The position numbers and the translations under genes were made by a program. Below, one piece after another: positions 17,624 through 26,663 of a stretch of 64,000 nucleotides of DNA. Origin of the DNA: an uncultured Rhodospirillaceae bacterium (GTDB lineage: Bacteria; Pseudomonadota; Alphaproteobacteria; Rhodospirillales; UBA2165); the NCBI GenBank assembly GCA_964639965.1, contig CAZXGI010000006.1, positions 1,554 to 65,553 of the forward strand, in the 5' to 3' direction. The number at the start of each line of letters is the position of its first letter. The first letter of the stretch is position 1. The notes beneath the pieces are model-generated. The model ran no database searches. It was not told the origin of the DNA and was given only the letters and a program-made list of their open reading frames with translations.

Positions 17624-19333
17624 GTGACAAAAGAAAAAAAAACAGTATACAGCGTTGCCCAAGCCCTCCTCGCCTTACTCGCCGACCGCGGTGTTAAATA
17701 TATTTTTGCTAATGCTGGAACTGATTTTGCTCCATTAATCGAAGCTTTCGCAAAAGCTGAAACATTAAATTTACCCGTCCCAAAACCTATAGCCGTGCCC
17801 CATGAAAATGTCGCGATGGCGTTGGCCATGGGCTACACAATGATCACAGGTAATCCACAGGTGGTAATGGTGCATACAAATGTAGGAACGGCAAATGCGT
17901 TATGTCAAATCTTAAATACTAATAAACTAAACCTACCCGTAATTGTAACAGCCGGTAGAACACCATACACAGAGGAAAACGTTGAAGGCGGACGTAGTAT
18001 TGATATTCATTGGACCCAAGAAATGTTTGATCAAGCTGGAATGGTGCGAGAAACTGTGAAGTGGGATTATGAATTACGGGAAGCCGGACAACTACATGCA
18101 GTTGTTGATCGAGCTCTTAATATTTCCAAAGCTCTCCCAAGAGGTCCTGTCTATTTGACATTACCACGCGAGATTTTAGCAGCGGACATCGGTGATGTTA
18201 CCTTCGACCCTGCAACACAACACTCAAATGCGACGGTGCCGTATCCAGATTTAAATGCAATTGATCAACTGGCTGAATGCATTATGACAGCAAAAAACCC
18301 AATGATCATCACAAGCCAATTGGGAAATATTATAGAAGCCGTAAAACCTCTCTCTGACTTAGCGGAACGCTTTGCAATTCCAGTGACCCAGTATCGTCCG
18401 CGTACCCTGAACATCCCAACAGATCATCCAATGTCTATGGGTTTTGATCCATCATTCTTAATTGGTGAAGCCGACTTCATCATCGCTATTGAGTGTGAAG
18501 TTCCCTGGATACCTAATTTCAAAAAACCCCCACCCAATTGCAAGGTAGCACATATTGCATCCGACCCATTATACACTGCAGCCCCCCACCGGGGTTTTAG
18601 GGCAGATTTTACTATTACCGGCGCAGCAGATATCTCACTTCTTGCATTATCATTAGCAATGGAGTCACGATTGGCTAATTCTCGAGAAGGACTTGAAGCA
18701 AGGCGGAGTAAATTAAAGGAATTAAGAAAATCATTAGACGAGGAGTGGCAGAGCCAACTGAAACGTACTACGAATAACAGTCCAATTTCATCTGCCTGGC
18801 TAACCTATTGCTTAAGCAACGTAATTGATGTGACCAATGTTGTAATGCGGGAATCACCACTTGATCTTCGGTACCTTAAACGCAGCCAACCTGGGACATT
18901 ATTCGGCGGAGCCAGCGGGCTCGGTTGGGGCTTAGGTGGAGCTATTGGCGCTAAACTGGCAAATCCAGACAATTTGGTGATCGCGACTGAGGGTGACGGG
19001 GCCTATATGTTTGGTAATCCTGTCTCTGCCCATTATATTGCTGCTACGCATGATCTTCCATTTCTAACTGTCATTTTTAACAACGAACGCTGGGGCGCTG
19101 TTAAACGAGCCACACACGCTATGTACCCTGAAGGCTATGCCAAGGAAAGCAATTCTGCTCCTCTTACCAATTTACAGCCATCGCCCCATTTCGAAAAAGT
19201 AGTTCTTGCTTCTGATGGTTATGGCGAGAAGGTTACTGATCCAAATAAAGTATCTCGGGCTCTCGAACGTGCTTTAAAATCTGTAATCATTGAGAAACGA
19301 CAAGCTGTTTTAAATATTATTTGTGAAGAATAG
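17624..19333 (+). CDS. Thiamine-diphosphate-dependent enzyme (acetolactate synthase-like superfamily, function unknown)
   Basis: 569 aa with a GTG start. PHENVAMALAMGY carries the catalytic Glu region, and the TPP-binding motif is GDGAYMFGN...FNNERWG. It lies 32 nt after the TRAP permease. Confidence 0.75.
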   Translation: MTKEKKTVYSVAQALLALLADRGVKYIFANAGTDFAPLIEAFAKAETLNLPVPKPIAVPHENVAMALAMGYTMITGNPQVVMVHTNVGTANALCQILNTNKLNLPVIVTAGRTPYTEENVEGGRSIDIHWTQEMFDQAGMVRETVKWDYELREAGQLHAVVDRALNISKALPRGPVYLTLPREILAADIGDVTFDPATQHSNATVPYPDLNAIDQLAECIMTAKNPMIITSQLGNIIEAVKPLSDLAERFAIPVTQYRPRTLNIPTDHPMSMGFDPSFLIGEADFIIAIECEVPWIPNFKKPPPNCKVAHIASDPLYTAAPHRGFRADFTITGAADISLLALSLAMESRLANSREGLEARRSKLKELRKSLDEEWQSQLKRTTNNSPISSAWLTYCLSNVIDVTNVVMRESPLDLRYLKRSQPGTLFGGASGLGWGLGGAIGAKLANPDNLVIATEGDGAYMFGNPVSAHYIAATHDLPFLTVIFNNERWGAVKRATHAMYPEGYAKESNSAPLTNLQPSPHFEKVVLASDGYGEKVTDPNKVSRALERALKSVIIEKRQAVLNIICEE

Positions 19334-19447
19334 ATATTTGATTTGGCCCGTCCAATAATTAAGATTGAACCAAACGGTAGTTTTTTTCATCAACATACAA
19401 ATAATTTTTACGCTGATAATGAATATCTTGATGGAACCGTAGTCGAG

Positions 19448-20323
19448 CTAATTTATCAAATTATAAACTTTTTCAACATTATAACGTAATAGTTTTGCTA
19501 GTGGTTCTGACCTAAATCCTAGTTCCCCGATTTCATCCAAGGCTCTGTTAAAATCAATTACTGGAAAATCGGTACCAAATATAACCTTATCCTGACCATA
19601 CGAGTTTATATATTTAATAAATGATTTAGGCCAATATTTTGGTGCATGGGCATCGCAGCCAATATAAACGTTCGGGTGTTTCCAAGCCATCGCTATCATT
19701 TCATCATGCCAGGGAATACCAATATGAATACCAATTATTTTCAACTCAGGAAAATCACATGCAACCGAATCGATAGTTATAGGCTGACCAACGCTTCGCA
19801 TTGGGTTATTTGGAGAATAGATCAAAGATTGCCCAACTTGCATTTGAATTGGAACACCTAGCTCGACGCATTTTGCGTATATAGGATAATATTTTGCATG
19901 ATCTGGTGCTAACTCAAACCAGTGAGGGTAAACGTGTGCCCCAATGAAACCAAGCCGAATAATCGCATCCTCAAACACTTTGACACCGTCCATACCATCG
20001 AAGGGATCAATTCCTGCTATACCATAAAACCGATCAGGAAATTTTTTTACTGCGTCAACAACAAGTTGATACGGAATATCATAAGAACCTGCTAAACCCT
20101 TCCGTCCAATCTTTGGCGCAATCAAGAAGGCCTTTTCTATTCCGGCATTATCCATTCGATTTAACATTTCATCTAGTGTCAAACCCTTAAATGTTTGTGC
20201 ATCAACCCCAATTTTATCTAGATAAAAGTTCTCACGATCTTTAGGTCGATGTGCCATTGCTTCTTCTGTCTGTATATTCACAACAGCATCAATCGCCTTA
20301 ACAGGAAAAGAATTGGTGGACAT
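19448..20323 (-). CDS. Amidohydrolase_2 (ACMSD/TIM-barrel metallo-hydrolase or decarboxylase-like) family protein
   Basis: 291 aa. GAHVYPHW, IIGIHIGIPWHDE and the C-terminal FGTDFP are typical of the family. The N-terminal HxH appears replaced (IDAVVNI). Confidence 0.6.
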   Translation of the reverse strand: MSTNSFPVKAIDAVVNIQTEEAMAHRPKDRENFYLDKIGVDAQTFKGLTLDEMLNRMDNAGIEKAFLIAPKIGRKGLAGSYDIPYQLVVDAVKKFPDRFYGIAGIDPFDGMDGVKVFEDAIIRLGFIGAHVYPHWFELAPDHAKYYPIYAKCVELGVPIQMQVGQSLIYSPNNPMRSVGQPITIDSVACDFPELKIIGIHIGIPWHDEMIAMAWKHPNVYIGCDAHAPKYWPKSFIKYINSYGQDKVIFGTDFPVIDFNRALDEIGELGFRSEPLAKLLRYNVEKVYNLIN

Positions 20324-20444
20324 AACGGTATTCTATCTCAAATAATGATTCATCTGATATAAAAATGCCATTACTAATGACGTACCGCAAGAAATTCTGT
20401 AAATAGTATTCAAATATTTTAGTTTAATTTTTTCGGAAGAGATA

Positions 20445-21908
20445 TTGCTTTATAACAAAAATATAGCGCTAGCGCTTGAAGAAAATGCAAAACGACGTGG
20501 GTCACACCCGGCTATAATTGACGGACCACAGGTTCTTTCTTACCGTAATCTCGATATTACAGTAAAAAAAATTTCAGGGCATATAAAAGATCAGAATATC
20601 GAAGAGGGTAATATTATAGGCGTGTGCTTGCCAGACACCGCTGACCATCTAATGGTGCTTTATGCTATAGCACGTCTAGGAGCAATAATTCTGCCAATTG
20701 ATTGGCGTTGGACAGAAACTGAAAGAATAAATATTGCAACATTTTTTAAAGTTTCTCTAATTATTGGGATACCTGAGAAAAAAACGAGTGGTTTCAAGAA
20801 TCTTTCAATCGACGATAAGTGGCATGCATCCGTTGAAAACAGAACTTCTGATACACCTTGTGCAACAGGGGGAACACGCCCGGTAGTTTTATCACTTTCT
20901 TCGGGCTCAACTGGAAGACCTAAAGGGCCCATGTTAACGCATTCCCAATTCACGGCGCGTTTTGTAATGCAGTGGGTTACATTAGGATTTAACCAGCACG
21001 ATCGATATCTAAGCGCTACACCTATCTATTTTGGGGGAGGACGTAGTTTTACAATGGGTTGTTTATATAGCGGTTCGACTGTAATTCTATTTCCCCCGCC
21101 ATACGAACCCGAAGAGTTAGTCACCGCTGCAACAAATTATCAGGCGACCACCCTATTACTCGTTCCGACCTTATTACGCCGATTACTCAAGCTACCGAAG
21201 AGAAAACGCCCCTTGCTTGCAGGTCTAAACCGCCTGCTATCAACCGGCGCTGTGCTTCATCCGGATGAACGTAAAGCAGTGATGCAAAATCTAAACCCTA
21301 ATTTTATTAATTACTATGGCTCTACCGAAGGTGGGGGCACATCAGTACTTTTGCCACATCACACAGCATCTACGTCGGTTGGCGAAGCCATCTACCAAAC
21401 AGAAATCGAGATAGTCGATGATTGCGACCAGAAATTATCCACAAATCAATTAGGACATATCCGTTACCGAAGCCCGGGAGTTTCTAGAAATTTTTTTAAT
21501 GATCCAGAAGCCAGTGCAGCCTGTTTCAGGAAGGGCTGGTTTTATCCGGGTGATATTGGCAGCATAGATGAAAATGGGTTTTTGTATTTAAAGGGACGGG
21601 CAAAAGATATAATTATAAAATCTGGTATTAATATATATCCAGCCGAAATTGAACAGGTGTTTCTTAGCCATCCGACCATTGATGACGTGGTTGCTGTTCC
21701 TTGGTCGAATTCCGAATACGGCGAGGATATTGCCGTATTCGCCGTCACAAATAAACATATAGAAGAAAAAGCATTGCTTCTCTATTGCCGGGAAAAGCTC
21801 GCATCATACAAGGTGCCAAAAGGTGTATTTTTTATTAAAGAAATACCAAAAACCGCTCTTGGCAAGGTTATTAAATCTAAACTGATCAAAAAACTATCGA
21901 AAACTTAA
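20445..21908 (+). CDS. AMP-forming acyl-CoA synthetase/ligase
   Basis: 487 aa with a TTG start preceded by GGAAGAG. Contains SSGSTGRPKG, GWFYPGD and a C-terminal LGKV. Confidence 0.8.
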   Translation: MLYNKNIALALEENAKRRGSHPAIIDGPQVLSYRNLDITVKKISGHIKDQNIEEGNIIGVCLPDTADHLMVLYAIARLGAIILPIDWRWTETERINIATFFKVSLIIGIPEKKTSGFKNLSIDDKWHASVENRTSDTPCATGGTRPVVLSLSSGSTGRPKGPMLTHSQFTARFVMQWVTLGFNQHDRYLSATPIYFGGGRSFTMGCLYSGSTVILFPPPYEPEELVTAATNYQATTLLLVPTLLRRLLKLPKRKRPLLAGLNRLLSTGAVLHPDERKAVMQNLNPNFINYYGSTEGGGTSVLLPHHTASTSVGEAIYQTEIEIVDDCDQKLSTNQLGHIRYRSPGVSRNFFNDPEASAACFRKGWFYPGDIGSIDENGFLYLKGRAKDIIIKSGINIYPAEIEQVFLSHPTIDDVVAVPWSNSEYGEDIAVFAVTNKHIEEKALLLYCREKLASYKVPKGVFFIKEIPKTALGKVIKSKLIKKLSKT

Positions 21909-21910
21909 TC

Positions 21911-23128
21911 TTATTCAATGCTAGAAGCTTTTCGTAAACCTTCATACATAGAGGATTTCATCAAAAACGCCTTACATTTTATCGGATCATCCGATATTTT
22001 CTGTAGTTCATCTAAAGACATTTGCCGCCTTTGGTGATTTTTCTCCGTCATACGTTTACGATTTTCATCGGCTTGTTTAATAATCTGTTGCTCAGCAATT
22101 GGTTTCCGCTGTCGCGAATAAAGATCAAGGAGTTCAAAATAATTGTCTCTACTCTCATTCAACCAAATTTTATTTAATTTTTCTGTCAAGTTATGTGCGT
22201 CGTGTAAACCACCATTCATACCCATACCACCAGAGGGTGAATTGACATGCGCAGCATCTCCTGCCAAAGCAATTCGACCGTGGTCATATTTGTTGACTAT
22301 GCGTTGGTGAACCCTATAAACACGTTTATCATAAATTTCAAATGGACCTTCAATCGGACATATATCGTGCAATTGTTTTTGGATATTTTTATCGTCTAAG
22401 GCTTCCTCTTGTGACATATTCTCAGGAAAGTAAAGGCTGGCACGCCATTGATCTGGTAACTGCAAGAGACTGAAATTACCTTTTTCCTCCCAACAGTAGC
22501 TAACACTCGACAAACCATCAATATACTCATGAAATGGGAAAGGTGTTGTGACCAATACAGTTTTTTCAGGATACGTAGACCCTTCAAAGGCTAAACCCAA
22601 ATGTTCCCTTATCGAACTATTACCGCCATCCGCTGCGATCAAAAATTGACCGCAAATTGTTTCGGAGCCTTTACCTGATTCAACGTTAATAATGATACCA
22701 TTATCATTCTGGCTTAAGGATACAAATTCCGTTCCATAACGAATATCTGCTAAAGGATTAGCTCGAAGTTGCCTGTCCATAATCTTGCAAATCTTACTTT
22801 GCTCAAATTGGACCCTATAGGGGTAGTCTGTCTCATCAGAAATATTATTCAGGTCAAAAACCACTTTATCTCCAGTTAAATGATTGCGAATTTGCCATTG
22901 ACGCACCTTAATCCCCGTCTCAAGTATCTCTTCCGTTATGCCATATGGGGCCATCATTTCCAACGAAGGGGGGTGGATTGTCGAAGCGCGAATATCACTA
23001 CTAACCTTCTTAGATTTATCAATGAGTGTTATAGGAATTCCAAAGCCAACCAAACGGATCGCAGCAAACAAACCTACAGGTCCACCTCCAACTATCAAAA
23101 TACGTTTGTCTTTAGCTGGCGTTACCAT
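21911..23128 (-). CDS. FAD-dependent aromatic-ring monooxygenase (class A flavoprotein hydroxylase)
   Basis: 405 aa. ILIVGGGPVGLFAA (GxGxxG), LIAADGGNSSIR (DG motif) and LAGDAAHVNSPSGGMGMN (GD motif). Confidence 0.8.
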   Translation of the reverse strand: MVTPAKDKRILIVGGGPVGLFAAIRLVGFGIPITLIDKSKKVSSDIRASTIHPPSLEMMAPYGITEEILETGIKVRQWQIRNHLTGDKVVFDLNNISDETDYPYRVQFEQSKICKIMDRQLRANPLADIRYGTEFVSLSQNDNGIIINVESGKGSETICGQFLIAADGGNSSIREHLGLAFEGSTYPEKTVLVTTPFPFHEYIDGLSSVSYCWEEKGNFSLLQLPDQWRASLYFPENMSQEEALDDKNIQKQLHDICPIEGPFEIYDKRVYRVHQRIVNKYDHGRIALAGDAAHVNSPSGGMGMNGGLHDAHNLTEKLNKIWLNESRDNYFELLDLYSRQRKPIAEQQIIKQADENRKRMTEKNHQRRQMSLDELQKISDDPIKCKAFLMKSSMYEGLRKASSIE

Positions 23129-23223
23129 ATAAAGTTACCTTATCCATCTATTAGTATTATAGTTTTCCTATATTATAATGTCATAAATTTTAGATAATTA
23201 AAACTTACTGGAATAAACAAAAA

Positions 23224-23994
23224 ATGACCGAACTAGAGTACGCGAAACGAGGCCTCGTTGGTGTCCTCACTCCTCAAGCAAATACCACCGTTGAGCCAGA
23301 GTTTACAATCTTATGGCCCAACGGTGTAGCAATGCTGAACGCGCGTATGACGAGTCGCAAAAAAACCATTGAAGAGCGACTTGTCGACTATACCGATCAA
23401 ATAGAAGATACACTCGAACAATTCGCAAACGCGCCAATTCAAGTAGCTGCTTTTGGGTGCACTGGCGCCTCATATTTGATTGGCCAAGACAAAGAAGCTG
23501 AAATCTGTGATCGTATTCAAAAAAATAAAGGGTTCCCATTCGTTACAGCTGCAAGGGCCGTCACAGACTCATTGAATTCATTAAACGCAAAAAACATTGG
23601 GTTAGTTTCTCCGTACCCAGCCGAATTAACGGAAATTAGTGTTAATTATTGGCAAAATGCTGGTTTCATCGTTAGAGAAGTTGCCAGCGCATTTAACGAA
23701 ACCAGTGAATTCCACCCAATCTACAGTCTACAAGCAGAAACCAGTATGGAGGCTCTTCAATCCTTAAAACGCAAAAATATTGATGTTATTGTCATGCTAG
23801 GAACTGGTATGCCGACACTCCAACCGATTTTGGACTGCGCAAATTGGGACGGTGCGCCGGTGACTTCCTGTATGTTGAGCCTTGCCTGGCGAACTGTCTT
23901 ATATCTAGAAGGTCAAGCTCCCACAGAACAGAGCATGTTAGCATGGAGCAAGGGTAATTCATGGCACAAACGCATGCATAGCCACATCGATTAA
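23224..23994 (+). CDS. Asp/Glu/hydantoin racemase superfamily protein (maleate isomerase or arylmalonate decarboxylase-like)
   Basis: 256 aa. TPQANTTVEPEF and AAFGCTGASY resemble maleate isomerase. The second catalytic Cys position reads MLGTGMPTL (Gly). Confidence 0.65.
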   Translation: MTELEYAKRGLVGVLTPQANTTVEPEFTILWPNGVAMLNARMTSRKKTIEERLVDYTDQIEDTLEQFANAPIQVAAFGCTGASYLIGQDKEAEICDRIQKNKGFPFVTAARAVTDSLNSLNAKNIGLVSPYPAELTEISVNYWQNAGFIVREVASAFNETSEFHPIYSLQAETSMEALQSLKRKNIDVIVMLGTGMPTLQPILDCANWDGAPVTSCMLSLAWRTVLYLEGQAPTEQSMLAWSKGNSWHKRMHSHID

Positions 23995-24003
23995 AATCAA
24001 ATT

Positions 24004-24996
24004 ATGCCAGATCGTAAACAAATAAAAAGACCTCCTGAAACCGCAGATGATTTTAAGGCACTTTTCCCAAATATTTCTGGCAACAAAGTAAATGGCCTGA
24101 ATGAAGAGGAAATTAGACGCCCATCACCGTTTTTTTGGCATCCCCACGAAAAACATGCCTTTGGCGAATTGCAATCCGAAGTCATAGGTATTCAACGGCG
24201 ATCAAGTGCAATTGTTGAACACTACAGCAGCGAAGCACCCCGCGGACCAGAAATAGAGAAGCGGGCGGAGACTATGATTCAAAAATCAGCGGAGGAATGG
24301 AAGAAAACCATTAAAGAATTTACCCTAAATCACGAAGGTGATGATATTCGAATTACTGAGATGGATCCAATGTATACCTTTGAAGGTTATCAAATCAATG
24401 AACCATGGGTCATAATAATAGCAGTCAAAATGAACCACGAAGAACTCAATAAAGTACCTCCAAGCCTCGCGAGGCCTGACTCTTCTGTCGAAGTTGCGCG
24501 GCAATATAATCGTGCTGCAAGAGTTTGCCGTGAATTAACCAATTTTATATTAAGCCAGGGTTTTTCAGCAAAGCCGTGGGCTGGACCATTTGCCTCAGCT
24601 TTAAGTATGATGCCAGCGGCAATCGATTCGGGCATGGGTACCCTCGGCAAACATGGCTCGCTCATACACGGCGAATTTGGCTCTTCATTTCGACTTTCTG
24701 CCGTAACCACCGATATCCCTCTAATTGCGGACAAAGTCAGAGATATCGGTGCCGAGGATTTCTGCACTAATTGTCAAATATGCGTGAAAGCGTGCCCACC
24801 GAGCGCTATTTTCCCCGAAAAACAAATGGTTCGCGGAATAAAAAAATGGTTCGTCGATTTTGACAAATGCATTCCTACCTTTGGCGAAGCATTAGGATGT
24901 GCGATTTGTATAGCAAAATGTCCATGGTCAACCCCAGGACGCGCGCCCAAACTCTCTGAAAAGATGCTAAAACGCCGAGCAAAATTACAGAACTAA
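24004..24996 (+). CDS. RdhA/QueG-superfamily corrinoid-type iron-sulfur protein (reductive dehalogenase-like, cytoplasmic)
   Basis: 330 aa. WKKTIKEFTLNHEGDDIRI and GMGTLGKHGSLIHGEFGSSFRLSAVTTDIPL form an RdhA/QueG-type core. Cluster motifs are CTNCQICVKACPPSAI and C-x9-CAICIAKCPW. There is no twin-arginine signal. It lies 9 nt after the previous gene. Confidence 0.6.
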   Translation: MPDRKQIKRPPETADDFKALFPNISGNKVNGLNEEEIRRPSPFFWHPHEKHAFGELQSEVIGIQRRSSAIVEHYSSEAPRGPEIEKRAETMIQKSAEEWKKTIKEFTLNHEGDDIRITEMDPMYTFEGYQINEPWVIIIAVKMNHEELNKVPPSLARPDSSVEVARQYNRAARVCRELTNFILSQGFSAKPWAGPFASALSMMPAAIDSGMGTLGKHGSLIHGEFGSSFRLSAVTTDIPLIADKVRDIGAEDFCTNCQICVKACPPSAIFPEKQMVRGIKKWFVDFDKCIPTFGEALGCAICIAKCPWSTPGRAPKLSEKMLKRRAKLQN

Positions 24997-25051
24997 ATCA
25001 AAAAGATAGAATTTTCTATTTAAACGTAAATTCGAAGTTTCATTCGATAGA

Positions 25052-26095
<1,044 letters not shown>

Positions 26096-26120
26096 TTAAA
26101 CGAATTAATCTATAATTTTC

Positions 26121-26645
26121 TCAAATTGTTTCTGAGTCGCGCGAAATGGCAACTACACCTGAACGCGATACATCTACTAGACCAAGCGGCTTCATTAAAT
26201 TAACAAAAGCATCCATTTTTTCCGTACTCTGAACAACCTCAAATACACAAAATTCTGGCGTACTATCTAAAACTTTTGCTTGGAAATCGTCTGCTACCTC
26301 CAAACATTGAGCTCGCATTTTATCACCTCCGGCCACTTTTATCAAAGCGAGTTCTCGTTCAACAGAAGGTCCATCAACAGTCAAATCTGCAACCGCTCGT
26401 ACCGGCACTAAACGCTCAAGCTGAGTGCGAATTTGCTCCAACACCATTTCGGTACCCGAGCTTACAATAGTTATCTTCGAAAGGCGTTCTTCTTTATTAA
26501 CCTCAGCAACAGTCAAACTTTCGATGTTATATCCTCGACCAGATAATAGGCCAATTACACGTGCTAAAACTCCGGCCTCATTTTCAACAAGAACTGAGAA
26601 CGTGTGATCTTGTTCAACTCTGTTTAAATCATCAGTCAATTTCAC
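26121..26645 (-). CDS. ilvH: Acetolactate synthase small (regulatory) subunit
   Basis: 174 aa with an ACT-domain start HTFSVLVENEAGVLARVIGLLSGRGYNIESL. It is adjacent to ilvI. Confidence 0.9.
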   Translation of the reverse strand: MKLTDDLNRVEQDHTFSVLVENEAGVLARVIGLLSGRGYNIESLTVAEVNKEERLSKITIVSSGTEMVLEQIRTQLERLVPVRAVADLTVDGPSVERELALIKVAGGDKMRAQCLEVADDFQAKVLDSTPEFCVFEVVQSTEKMDAFVNLMKPLGLVDVSRSGVVAISRDSETI

Positions 26646-26663
26646 CTACCCAAGTCCAAACTC

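Noticed and set aside
17624-19333. Possibility that the TPP enzyme is a second acetolactate synthase (ilvB paralog).
   Set aside because: It has no adjacent small subunit and is operonic with a TRAP transporter. The genuine ilvI-ilvH-ilvC set is at 25-28.4 kb. I kept it as a TPP enzyme of unknown function.
24997-25051. AT-rich inverted repeats (ATAGAA-TT-TTCTAT, CGAA-N6-TTCG) between the convergent RdhA-like and ilvC genes, as possible bidirectional terminators.
   Set aside because: The stems are 4-6 bp and almost pure A/T with tiny loops, so they are not convincing as intrinsic terminators.
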